From assembly GCA_964016885.1 (NCBI GenBank), contig OZ024740.1, forward strand, positions 78,864,001 to 78,928,000: a DNA stretch of 64,000 nt, written 5' to 3'. A model generated the notes under the pieces. It worked only from the letters and a program-made list of their open reading frames with translations. It was not told where the DNA came from and ran no database searches. Shown piece after piece: positions 25,456-38,129 of this stretch. Positions within the stretch are counted from its first letter, which is position 1; every line of letters begins with the position of its first letter. This DNA comes from Eledone cirrhosa. Its lineage: Eukaryota. A program made the position numbers and the translations under genes.

Positions 25456-26958
25456 ATGGTCACCCGGATAGTAAACCAAGTCATACAGAATGGGGTTGTT
25501 CCGAAGGACTGACGTAGCAGCATCATCATTAACTGCTACAAGGGTAAATGAGATGCCCTAGATAGGAGTAACTATAGAGGCATTAAATTAATCGACCAGG
25601 TCATGAAGGCTGCCCATGGGAACTCCTATACGCAGATGATCTAACACTCATAGCTGAATCAATGGCTGAACTAGAGAAGAAATTCGAAACATGGAAGCAT
25701 GGCCTAGAATCAAACGGCCTTAAAATTAACCTGTCTAAGACTAAAGTTCTAGTTTGTAGGAAGGAAAATAGGGCACCAGTCCCATCTGGGAAATGGCCAT
25801 GCTCAGTGTGTAGGGAAGGAGTAGGCAGAAACTCCATTTTATGTCCCAAATGCAAAGTATGGGGGCATAAAAGATGTAGTGGGATCACAGGTAAGCTAAC
25901 TAAGAATATAGATTTTATATGTGGCCGGTGCTCAGGTGCAATAAGTAGCAGCAAGTGCCCACAAAATACTAGCTCATTCCATTGTACAGATGGTTCTATA
26001 GAAATAGTGAACACCTTCCGTTACCTGGGTGACAAAATCAGCAGTGATGGAGGGTGCTCTGAAAGTACAGTAGCTAGAGTCAGAATGGGATGGAAAAAGT
26101 TCAGAGAGCTTATACCGCTGTTGGCCACAAAAGGGTTCTCTCTAAAAATGAAAGGCAGGCTGTACGATGCCTGCATACAAACAGCAATGTTACATGGCAG
26201 TGAGACTTGGGCATTGTGTGCAGAGGATATACACAGACTGGAGAGGAACGAAGCTTGCATGCTCCGCTGGATGTGTGATAGTAATATACGTGAATGGCAA
26301 AGCATAAACGAACTAAGGGAGAAATTAGGAATAAGAGGGATCAGATGTTGTTTACTCGAGAGAAGACTACGTTGGTACGGTCACGTGATGCGCATGAAAG
26401 ACGACAGCTGATTAACAACGTGCAGGGCGATAAAAATAGACGGTAGCCACGGAGTAGGCAGACCCAGAAAAACCTGGGACAACTCGATAAATTCCGACCT
26501 CACACACTTACACCTCTCCAAGACAATGTCACTGGACCGAGATCTTTGGCGCTACACAGTAACACAGAAGACTCGCCTTGCCTAAGTACAAAGCGAAACC
26601 TACAGTCAGTAGGCATCTCTAACAAAAATACCCCCCCCCCCCCCCCCCCATCCACACCACCCCTTTCAATGTAAAGTTATGTTGGTACCACAACATCCAG
26701 TCCAAAATAAATGAGGTCGTGTAGATGTCACGACAAAAAAAAAACACAGTCCACGCTGTAATGTGGCCGTGTAGGTAACTCGGTAAAAACCTCCCAGTCC
26801 ACACTGTAAATGCGGTTGGTGTTAGGAAGGGCATCCAGCTGTAGAAAACCCGCCAGACAGTCCTATGCGAGCAAGACAACCAATCTTGCCTCAAGTGGGA
26901 AAATTCCCGTCCAAACCCATGCAAGCGTGGAAGATGGACGTTAAACGATGATGATGAT
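25456..26958 (+). mobile_element. RTE-clade LINE, 5'-truncated and internally deleted
   Basis: Reads NCYKGK*DALDRSNYRGIKLIDQVMK, then CPWELLYADDL, then ORF 25662-26411 (GLKIN..KTK, FRYLG, GSETW, RRLRWYGHVMRM), then GRPRKTW. The 3' UTR ends in (GAT)4. Confidence 0.95.
25662..26411 (+). pseudogene. Open segment of RTE reverse transcriptase C-terminal half with embedded PHD finger
   Basis: 249-aa ORF containing C-x2-C-x10-C-x2-C-x4-H-x2-C-x14-C-x2-C. The stop at 26409-26411 is premature because homology continues to GRPRKTW. Confidence 0.9.
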
Positions 26959-27402
26959 GTCCCGATATCTTAATTTAGTTATCGCTCGCACTGATTTTAG
27001 GTATCTAGTCTTTAATGCGAAGAAATACCAATGATAAATAGCAGACTACTGATGATGGACAGTCCTGTTTCTCGGTCTATTTTCATTCATATATATATAT
27101 ACATATAAATGTAAGTCCAAAGAATCATTAAATAAAATATTTACAGTATTTCCTCTCCCAATCAGTATAAATTAACCGCACAAAAAATCATTTAAACGAG
27201 GCTATAAGTTTAAAATGTACTTATGAAGAAATAATAGACAAATGATACAGATTCTTTTCCGCGATGTACAATCATATGACATTTACCTAGTATTTCTCCT
27301 AGCCTGTAGAAATTGATTAGACAAATAGTTAACTATACGGAATTACGTACAAAATTGAAGTTAGAAGAAAAATGCACATAAATATTACCAAAATTCTTAT
27401 CG

Positions 27403-27486
27403 TCTCTACCAACCGGCGGTTTCGTTCCACTTTTTGGATATATCCGGTCTTGGATAAATCCATGAGGCTCGGAACTCATCAGGAGA
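27403..27486 (-). ncRNA. Type I hammerhead ribozyme with intact core
   Basis: Minus strand: TCTC-CTGATGA-GTTCC-(42 nt)-GGAAC-GAAA-CC-gccggtt-GG-TA^GAGA. All three stems pair and the cleavage triplet is GUA. Confidence 0.82.
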
Positions 27487-27888
27487 TACCCCAGACTGGA
27501 CTAAGATTCTTCTACCATGATCCCCGCCAGAAATGAATCAAAATGGCTAAGAACCATCACGTGGCCAGTGGTCAAGGCAGAAAGTTTGTGATTGGTGCCT
27601 GTTGGCGAGTAGGCAGGTTGCTAGAAAGCGCAGCCGAATACTGCCTAAAGTTTTACTCAACTTTACAAGAGTATATTAAATTCAAAGGGTATATATATAA
27701 ATTAGACAAAGTCACAGATACATATATGCGTTTGGCAACCATTCATGGTGTGGCTCAATGAAGAAATAATTAATATATATATAAATATATATATATGCAT
27801 ATGCTTACACACACGCACTCTCTCACAGTATTAATTAATACAAAGACCAAAATCTAAAGAGGATTCGATAGGTGTTATATATATATAT

Positions 27889-27937
27889 GTTTCTGATGAC
27901 CCAGCTTAGGGTGAAAGCAGAAATTCTATGCTTAAAC
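27889..27937 (+). ncRNA. Degenerate type I hammerhead-like motif
   Basis: GTTT-CTGATGA-CCC-agctta-GGG-t-GAAA-GCA-gaaattcta-TGC-TT-AAAC. The closing pair of stem II is broken. Confidence 0.5.
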
Positions 27938-28191
27938 TTTTAATCTGTACTAATAATACATATATGTGTGTGTACATACACTTTTCACCAACACACATGC
28001 ATTTATGTATATAATAGTATGAACAGTTTTAGTTATACATGTTTAGATGTAGTTAGATAGATAACTGATTTATGTACATTCACTCTTCCATGTTAGCATG
28101 GTTTGAATGGTTCATATGTTCAAGCAGTTGTTTTTACAGCTGGGTGATAGTCCTCCTACCACTAACCCATTCATCTCTGAACTAGAAGTGG

Positions 28192-28195
<4 letters not shown>

Positions 28196-28252
<57 letters not shown>

Positions 28253-28410
28253 GTGTGTATATGTATGCATGTGTGTGTATATATATGCGTGTGTGTATAT
28301 AGATATGTATGTGTGTGTGTGTATATATATGCGTGTGTGTATATATATTTATATATATGCGTGTGTGTGTATATGTACATACGCATGTATATATGTGTGT
28401 ATGTATGTAT
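28196..28410. repeat. Compound (TA)n/(GA)n/(TG,TA) microsatellite
   Basis: Read directly; it accounts for the low-complexity ORFs at 28107-28505. Confidence 0.95.
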
Positions 28411-29789
28411 TTGTTGAGAGAGCTGGAACAACTATCACAAAGCATTTTATCCTATGCTCTTTTGTATTCATTGACTTTAGTGCAAGCCCTGATTTGATTG
28501 TTTAGGTAACAAAACCTATCTAGTCATCATATTAGAATACATTTAACCTTTTTATTACCAATTTTTATAAGGAAAAACATTGCCAATGTGTTTCAATTAA
28601 TATTGAAAATAATTTTTAAAAAATTGGAAGAATTTAATAAAATAACTTTTTCCTTATTAAGTTGCTGTTGTGAATATGACTTCAAATGTTCTGACATAAA
28701 ATGGTGTTGTTGTAAAGCTTTAATATAAGTATGAACACTTTAAAATAGACAAAACCAGGGGCAGTTTCAGAGGGACTGGTATTAAATGGATTAAGTTCTC
28801 TTCTATAGATAATCACTTTACACATGAAGTAGGACTAGTACCTTTTCCAAAGGGCTTTGTTTAGAGGCAGAATATAATGCTTGAGACAATAATCTATTTA
28901 AATATCTATTTAATTTGTTGTAACAGGCAACTGAATATTTTGAAGTATTATGTATACATTTCAAATGTTAATTAAATATCTGAGATGAGTTATCATCATT
29001 AATGTGATTGTAATCTTTCAGACTATTAACCTCATCCTTAGTGATGAAACATTTTATTTAATAAACTTTGATTTATATTTCCAGCTATGAGGCTTATAGC
29101 ATTCTAAAAAAATTTGTCATCAACTCCTTAGCCTAGTGGCTAACCCACTCACATATTTGAGAAATATGGGGCTTTGATTTTCTTAATTGTTATTATCAAC
29201 TGTTGTTACAATCATTTTCTACATTGGGGCACTCAGATTTATTTAATATTTATCCCCTATGAGCAAGGTACAGTGCGGCTAATTGGCCAGACTTGTCTCA
29301 TGAGGGTGACCGCCTAGTCCCACATTGTAAATGTGGTTGGGGTTAGAAAGGGCATCCAGCTGTAAAAAAACCAGCCATCTGACCTATGTAAGCATGGAAA
29401 ATAAGACGTTAAACCATGATGATGATGATGATGATGATGATGTTATGTTTTAATTCGGTTGATGTCTGACGATCATTATGTATCTTATTCCGAGATATTT
29501 ATTTGGTACCAGATGGGATTCAAACTAGGTATAATAGCTGTCTAATGTAAGAATAAGACAATCAGAGATCAATTAATTAAAAGGGAGTGTAGATGTAAAT
29601 TAAAAAAAACCATTTCTCTGAAAATAAGGTTTGAAAAATTATAATTGTATCTTTTTTTACTGCTTAGTGAAGAGAGGGGGGGGCAGTGCAGAGGACCTAT
29701 TTCACACTCTCTAAAACTGGTCAGAAGGGCGGAAGGAAATCTTGAACCAAAGATCTAGTTTTAATTGTTATATGTGTAATTTAGATATA

Positions 29790-31200
29790 TTAATAATAAT
29801 GAAATTGTGTACAGTGCTCAGGTGCACTACAATTCATCAAAGGTGCATGTATAGTACATAGAATAATGTACAAATGTCAGGAAAGTGAACAGTGTATGAG
29901 TCGTGATATACATGTGTGTGCGTGTATGGAGGGGGGATATCAGGTGTAGTCTTGGCGAATTTTTGGAAGCGTGGAGGTTTTAAAGGATGCAGTGTCCTAG
30001 CAGCTAACAACTGATGCAGGTAGTTTGTTCCATGCTTCAGCAACTCTGAGCGTGAAAAAATGGTAACGTCATGGGAGCTGTGCTGTTTTCTGACTTTGTA
30101 GGCATGCCGTGTGTTAGACACATGGAATTCAAAAAGGTGCTCAGGGTTGTTGTTGGCAAGATGGTTAATAATTTTGTGGGTGTTTACCAATTCACTTAAC
30201 AGACGTCGGAGCTTCAATGTATCCATCCCCAGGGAAGCAAGGCGTTCAGAGAATGGTAGATGCCTGATGGATGGTATTGCACGTCTCTAAACAGTTTCCA
30301 AGAGGTCAATGATCTGAGCAAGAGAGGGGTTCCAGACTGGTGATGCAAATTCTAAGTGTGACCACACCATAACTATATACAGCTTTAAATAGATAGCTGG
30401 AGAGCAACTGACAAAGATCTTGCTGAGTGATGCCAAGACACTCTCGGCCTTCTTGAGAATTTTAGAGATGTGCTTTGTCCAACGCAAATTGTTACTGACA
30501 GTAATGCCCAGATCACATTCACAAGAAGACTTGATATTAGTGTTGTGGACGCTGGGTTTTTCCTCCCAAAATGCAGCTTGAGTTGCCAGTCCATGATCCA
30601 TTGTTGCATTGTGTCCAGGTCTGATTGCAGGAAAGATCTATAGTGTTCAGAATCTGTCCTTTTTATCTCAAGGTACAGCTTGATGTCATCTGCATATTTC
30701 AACACTGTGGCATTCTTTAAGTTGCCATCTATGTCATTGATATATGCAGCAAAGAAAAGGGGACCAAGAACAGATCCCTGCAGTAGATCAGATGACATCT
30801 CATAGAGTGAAGAATGCTTTCCTAGACTATGACTACCTCTTTTCGACTGAAAATGAATCACTTCAACCACTTAAAAAGATCATCTTTCATACGCAGAGAC
30901 AGAATTGAAAGCTTTATCAAACTCAAGGTAAACATCCACCCATGAGCCACCATCAGTGATTCGAGTGATGTCTTCAAGAAACTCGATAAGCTCATCACAG
31001 CTGCTGGAGTTAGGAATAAATCCAAATTGCTAGGGCTGGATAAGGCTGTGAGAATTCCAGAAGTTCCAGAGTGTTTCTCTGACACAGGATTCCATCAGTT
31101 TGGCAATGCAGCTAGTGAGACTGACTGGACAATAGTTGACAGGCGACATGCGGTCACCCTTTTTGAAGAGAGGAATGACACTAGCAGTTTTCCACTGCTC
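29790..31200 (-). mobile_element. 5'-truncated CR1/L2-group LINE with decayed RT
   Basis: Minus strand reads WKTASVIPLFKKGDR..NYCPVSLTS, QFGF, FDKAF, QGSVLGPLFF..YIND, YADDIKLY, DLGI and HLEFASPVWNP. (ATT)n tail near 29790. Confidence 0.93.
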
Positions 31201-31669
31201 CGGAGTAGAAAACTGCCAGTGTCGTTCCTCTGTTCAAAAAGGGTGACCGCTTGTCGCCTGTCAATGCGGCAATATTATCATCATCATCATCATCAGTTTT
31301 ACATTCGTTTTTTCCATGCTGGCATGGGCTGGAGCATTACTGCATTTAATCCTTTTGATATCAAACTGCCTGAAGCCACCCCTGGTTCAACAATAGCAAT
31401 ATTTTCTTTAAAGTGTTTATATTTTTCTAAAAACTTTTCATCATAATTCTATGCAAGAACTTTTAAGTTATGCTCTATTCTTACAGGAAATTATGAAGGA
31501 AGGTTTTTAGATAAATATAAACATTTTAAAATAAGCAATTTTTTTTTATCATAGAACATGAGATGATTTCTGGTAGTTTAGGATCAAAAATAAATTTGAA
31601 AGTAAATAAACAAGATTGATATAAGAGAGTGTTGTTGTTTGCTTGAAGCATTGTGAGATATAAAAAGTG

Positions 31670-32038
31670 GTTATGTCTTAATAGCCATTACTGTGCAAGT
31701 GGGGTTGTAAATATTAAGGCAAGAAAATCAAGTAAGAAATGAGAGAGGTGAGGTTAAGCAAAGGGTGTCTATTAACTTAATGGCTTAAAATGTATATTAT
31801 ATGAACCACACAGTTCCAGAAAGGTCCTCTCTCGCATTCTTTGAAGTTCCCAAAGGATCCCTTGATAATGAAAGTTACATCCAAAATATATTGGGACTAA
31901 TAAATATTTCCAAAGTAACATTATCTCTTGTTTCTCTTCCTCTTTTCTGCTCAACGTCACCTATCTCATTCTTCACCTGATACTGGTGCCTTAATATTTA
32001 CAACCCCACCTGCATTGCAGTGGATTCCAAGACATAAC
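31670..32038. repeat. Diverged inverted repeat
   Basis: Arms at 31670-31762 and 31944-32038 share gtggggttgtaaatattaaggca in opposite orientations. Confidence 0.8.
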
Positions 32039-32348
32039 AAAAATTAATATATTTTAATCTTTATATCTCTTAATTTATGGTTTTATTTTTATTGTATTTA
32101 TCAACCCACATTCTTTCAACTTGCCAAAATCAGCAATGTTTTGTTTCTACAATTATTAAAAAATTGTGGACCTATGCCATCAATAACCTTTGTTAATTTA
32201 TGTTCTAAATGCCAACTTAATGATGAGACAGTTTTGTTTATTTGACACAATCAGTATTTTTCATTAGAAATATGGTAACTGACTCCTTTCACAAAATGTT
32301 TGACCATGTGTGAATCTTAGAAATTAATATTATATATACACACACATG

Positions 32349-32555
32349 CAGTGTGTTCGCTTTTTACGCGAAGATACATTCGTGAACACGGCGCCTAAAG
32401 CAAATTCACACAATTGTAGTCATGTATTTCTGATAAATGAAAAAATTAAAAACCATCCTCATTATTCGCACAAAGTGAATATTTAATAATATTTTTTTAC
32501 GATGCGTTAAAGCGAATTTGTGTACTTCAAGTTCATGTAAAAAGTGAACAGACTG
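32349..32555. mobile_element. Tigger/pogo-like MITE
   Basis: 24-bp TIRs cagtgtgttcgctttttacgcgaa and ttcatgtaaaaagtgaacagactg. Confidence 0.75.
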
Positions 32556-34487
32556 TGTGTGTGTATATATATATATATTGGCTAATATGCTGTCAATGTG
32601 TGCGCATGTAAATCCTTTCACTAGTTTAAAATTTTATAAAGAATCCTTACATAGTTATCTCTATAAAGTATTTCCTATAATTATCCTAAAAAATGTTTGA
32701 TCATTTCTAATTGTATAATTTTTTTAAAACAGTGTATTTGAAAATAATATCCACCCCTTAGCATGCTATTCTTGTAAATGAATATTCTACAAGATTTGAG
32801 AATGACATGCCTTATTATATATTTCTAGATAAGTTGCTGTGTTTTATTGAAATATCAGACATAGAAAAACCACATGAAACTTATCTACCGAACCTAGCGC
32901 TGAGCTTGAAATTTACAGCACTTACTCCTTCCAACACATGAGTATTTAGGGTTGGTTGGTAATGTCATTATTTACTCAGTATGAATATTGGCATTCATCA
33001 TCACCTTCATCGTTTTACATCCATTTCCAATGCTGACATGTGTTGGACAGGTTGTCATGGTCTGATACTGAACTATGTCTTGCTCAGAGATTCCATTTAA
33101 GCTTAGTTTCTCTGGTTTCCTAAAGGCAACCACTTTACTGTGTGTACTGGGTGCATTTTATCATGTCACCAGCATGTTGTAAACAAATATTCCTTGATGA
33201 TGATTTGCATGTTTACAAAAATGACTTCCATGTGTGCAAAACATGTGTAATTTTCTACCAGCTAACTGTAATCCTAATATCTATCAGATACTATATATAT
33301 TGTCAGGCATTTAGTAGTGTAATTTAAAAGCATCTGTTAACCTGTTTGTTTCGGGAGAAAGAAGACAAAAATATGTTTTGCTATGATATCCTTGATTCTG
33401 GGACTTTGCTACACTATACTGGCAATCATTGTAATTACTTTGATTAAAAAGGTCTTCTTTTTATTTAAACTCAAATACAAATGAAGCTGTAAGCAGTATT
33501 TATGGAAAAAAATACAGGACTCATGTATAGGCTAAAGGCTGAAGCCAACATATTATAAATACAAAGGGGATTCAACTTATATACAAGTGTATATGGTATT
33601 ATATCTAGTACAAAAACACTTGGCTATTTAAATCTAGTTATCAACTTAATCTATAGTTTTCTTATTCCATCCCTGACACCCTGCCATAAACTAACAGGAT
33701 GTCTTATTCATAAACTCCTTAGAATTGACAGACATATTTCCTTTTTCATTTTAATACTTAATGCTCAATTAAGGTGACTAGATTTTATCAGAATTCCCTT
33801 CATTAATGTTAATGATTAACTACTTGTATTTCAGTGTTAAAATAGAAATGTCCAGCTTCAGAATCTATTTCCCTTTTGTTTAAAATAGATATCTTTTCAG
33901 AAGAGTTGCTTGATTATATTTAATAGCAGAGCAATCTTGAAACTGTATTTTCTACAATTAACAGTTCAAATTATTGAAATCATCTGTCAGAAATTGGGCA
34001 AGACCTCATCATAAAATATGAAATAAAGGTCATATAGGAAATGACATTTTAGATAGGATCTCTCAAAGATTTGTTTCTTGAACTATATAATATTCGCTGC
34101 TAAATCTTCAAGATTAATTTGCTTGTTTGTAATGAGATCATTATACCCTGAATAGACTTGTGTCCTCATCTTGGTTGTTATAGTCACAGTATTTTATACT
34201 GTCTGGGTATAATTGGTAATGTTCTGGGAATTTTGAACTGGACCCTTTATTGAAATCACTGTGGTAGATTGTTCTTTTTCCATTGTTTATACCCAAAATA
34301 TTATTGCTGTTATTAGTTACTAGTAATGCCACTGGCTTGTTCCATCTAAACTGAAGTAATCACACGAGGAGTGGATGAACCCTTTCCAGCACAGCTGCTC
34401 TCTACTCACAGAATTCGTTCATCATTTCTGTGAGGTTTAGCATTTTAAGAGATCAGCTCTAACTACTTCTTGTGGATGTCTTTCATT

Positions 34488-34673
34488 GGTGAATTGGCAG
34501 TATCGGTAGAGGGTTAGACGCCATGCTTTCCAACATAGTTACGTCCCTTTACGGTCTGAGATTAAATCCCGTCGAGGTTAACTTTGCCTTTCATCCTTAC
34601 GGGGTCGATAAAATAAAGTACCAGTAATGTAGTGAGTAATTTCTGGCCTTGTGCCAAATGTAGAAACAATTAT
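34488..34673 (+). mobile_element. SINE family 1
   Basis: Full head, core and tail present. Confidence 0.92.
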
Positions 34674-37600
34674 CTTTTCTAGGTCTTTGTAGTCCGAGTT
34701 CAAATCCCACTGTGACCTACCGTCAAAAGAGATTGGAGTTCTACTATGTACATATCTGTAGTAAACCATTGATATAGCATTAGAGTAATCCATGATATTC
34801 AATTTGCTGAGAACACATGGTATTTGATTATGATAAAAAATCTGAATATAACAAAATTTTCCATGGAATAACTTTTATTATATAGAAATTTGGTTATAAG
34901 AAATAGCATATCTCATTGGTTCCATTAAATGGACAGCATGGCTTTCAAGAGGATTACCATTACATAGTGTTTGGTAGCACTAAGTACGCCCTCTCTTAGT
35001 ATATATTGTTTTAAGAGCTCTATTCCTTGTGTATGTTTTACTAGGCTAAGCAAACATTGCATATAAGTGGCAATATGGTAAGGCAGTGTAGTTGAGTTGT
35101 AGTATGTTTTGGTTTGTTCTTCTCATAGCAAACATGTTACTTACAAGAAATCTACTCTAAATAAACATAATCTTATATGTCCTTTGTGACATTACTTCAA
35201 ATGTTCAACACTTTAACTGCTCATATTAGAATGACAATATCAGAGTGAGAATTTATTTTACATCTTTTGCTGCATGCTGTTAAGTATCTACTATCTGACT
35301 AGCATGCAAATGATATGCTATCTTTAACAACTTAAACTTAAGACTGCTGTGATTTTTTATCTAAAATTCTTAAGACAATAAACTCAAAAAGAATGAAAAC
35401 TACATTAAAATTTTCAAACTATGTATGATCCCATTGATAAAGAAAATAATTTAATTTCTTTTTTTTTTTCCATATTAGACAAATTATCTTGCTGTATGAA
35501 AAATATTTTGTCAAAAAATAGGAAAATGAATTTATTTAATCAATCTGCATTAATAGTTAAAATAATGAAATGCATGATTTATGAGACATAATAATGTCTA
35601 ATAAAACATACAACTGTTATATTAGCAAGTTAACTCATATTATTTTTGCTTATCTTGTTGATTTATTTGTATTAATCTTTTTTTCTTATCACATTGAAAT
35701 GATCTGGGATATTCTAATATATGAGGATTTTCTTTGTTTAAATGTTATCTTTCATTCTGACTAAGAATTAATCATATGTTAAAGACTCAATCTAATTTTA
35801 AGTCATATTTTTTGATAAACATATATGCAGTTATGGTTGTGAGATTACTTTGTAACCATACTATGTGGTTCAGGGTTCAATCCTATGGCACTTCAACTGT
35901 CTTCTACTATTGCCTCAGGTTGGTCAATGCCATGTGAGTTTATGAATAGAATTTGGTAGACAGTAACTATGCAGAGGTCCATCTCATATATATATATATT
36001 CTTCTTCTTGCTCTTGCTCAATGAGGCTGGGGTTATCCTAAGCCAGCGATTCCAAAGCATCATCATGCGCAAAGCTGAGATATATATACAATGAAACTTT
36101 TGCAGTTTTCATCTAACCCCTCCCCCTCATATATATATACCAACATAGAAAATAGATGTTAAATGATGATGATGAAATGTGTATGTGTGCGTATGCATGT
36201 GTTTATGTTTACACGTTTAAAACCTGGTATCTTTTATGTTGTTTCTCTTAGTGATTTTGACAAATAGAGATCACTAAAATATGTATAAGACTTCAAGACT
36301 GAAATAAAAAATAGATGAGTGCACCATCTGGAACGAGTAAAAGAATGCATATTTTATTGAACATCACCAACTCTTTCTAGCAGAGAAAGCAGCCATTAAA
36401 TGATGATGATCACCAGTGTCTTCCCTGTAAATTTGAGAAATGCGTTAAATATTTAGCCCCAAAAATATTTGTTGCCTAGTCTATGGATATAAAAATATTT
36501 AGTTTTGAATGATAAATAATGTCATAATCTTTTTTTTAAGTTCACTTTTCCATGTTGGCATGGGTTTCGATAAAACTATCTGCAGCAATGTTTTTCAGCT
36601 GGCTTCTTTTCCAGACATCAAGACTTTTAACTCTTTTGATACCAACATACCCCAATCCACCTCTAGTTCTATTAAACAAAACTACCAATTTTTAAAGAAT
36701 TCCTACTTAAATGATAACCCTCCAACATGTTTTTTATATAAGAACCTTTTGTTGAATTTTACCATCTTAATAATGAAATAATTAATAAGTTTAGTAAATC
36801 TCTCAAATTCATAATTAATTAATTACGAGTGTATTTCATTAGAATATGGTCATTAAAGAGTTAAATGCCTCTTATGACATAGAGATATTGAGTATATATT
36901 CTAAAAACCTGGGATGAACTTGGAATGTTTAATAATTATCCTTCATCAGGCTAATATCATGCAAACACAGTGTAAATCACTGTTTCTTATTTGCTTCTCA
37001 CAAGCTTTGGAAATGTTTATATTTTATAACAACCCATCCAACCCATTCTATTATGGAAAGGGGGTGTAAAATGATGATGATGATGATGTTCGATATTTTC
37101 ATCCTGACATTCCCTGTCTTTGTAGGATAAAACAAACAAAAGACTATAGAATAGAAAGCCACATCACTTATATCAAATGTGTTGATCTAAATTTCTAAAT
37201 GGTTGTATAGTATAATACAAAACTCATTTATACTCTATGGTAGATTGTATAGAATAGCTTCAAGGCTATAATGTAATGAGGAGAATAAATACTGAGAATA
37301 TAAACCCTTATAATTATAGTAATTTTTTAAAGTTTGAAAACCCTACCCCAAATCATACCAGTTGTATAAACAGCTGTACAAATGAAAACAATACATGAAA
37401 CAATCAAAACAATTTCAGTTGGGGTTTTTTCTTTTAAGATAAAAAAATAGAAGTATTCTTTGTTAGCCAAGAAAAGATTCAGTTATATATATAATAAGTC
37501 CTGTTAATGATATAAAATGTCTGAATTGGATTAGAGAGGACTGTTCAGTTTGCCAAGTTCATGACAACCTCTTTAGTACTGGTGGCATGATAAATTAATG

Positions 37601-38129
37601 GTTCCTAGTTCAGTTATGAAAAGAGTTTGGTCATAGTACTCTCTGTAAAGTAGTAATGCTGGTGACATTATAAAATGTACTCAGTACACTCTGAAAAATG
37701 GTGGTACTGATGCCACAATAAAATGTACCTAGTACACTCTGTATTAGTGCAGATACCACAAAGAAATGTTCCCACTGCACTGTAAAATGGTGGTGCTAGC
37801 ACCATAACAATATGCACCCAGTACACTCTGTAAAGTGGTTGGCATTAGGAAGAAACAAATATACAATTAACTATCAAACATGTGGCACCAGTCATCAGTC
37901 TAAATTGAAAGTAGAAATTGTCAGATCTCAAATTGACTACACAACTAAATAGCTTCTCTATAACAAGAGAATCTACTGTGATCAGGGAATGCAAGGCAGC
38001 CTACGCAACCTGGACTAGCTTGGCTTCCATTCTGCAGTTGTCCAATCTCACCTCCTCTCTGTAGATGTCCAGTCTACTCAAAACAAATGGAACACTATCC
38101 AGTGTGACATCACCTAGGACAGCCTTGTG

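Larger units (their letters stand above)
24745..27090. mobile_element. Inverted plus partial-tandem repeat element (Penelope-like architecture) interrupted by an RTE LINE
   Basis: 24745-24871 is the inverse of 24983-25110. Segment 24873-25068 recurs as 25420-25455 plus 26959-27090. Flanked by (TA)n on both sides. Confidence 0.75.

Noticed and set aside
24992-25456. 154-aa ORF whose N-terminus is duplicated at 24647-24862 (-)
   Set aside because: The duplication comes from the inverted repeat, and the rest is CT-rich low complexity with no recognisable domain.
28107-28505. Overlapping ORFs of 62-132 aa
   Set aside because: They are translations of TA/TG microsatellite (YIYI, CVCV), not genes.
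34141-34360. Possible host exon on the minus strand (63-aa ORF with nearby AG/GT)
   Set aside because: No recognisable protein similarity and weak splice signals; it cannot be supported without RNA-seq.
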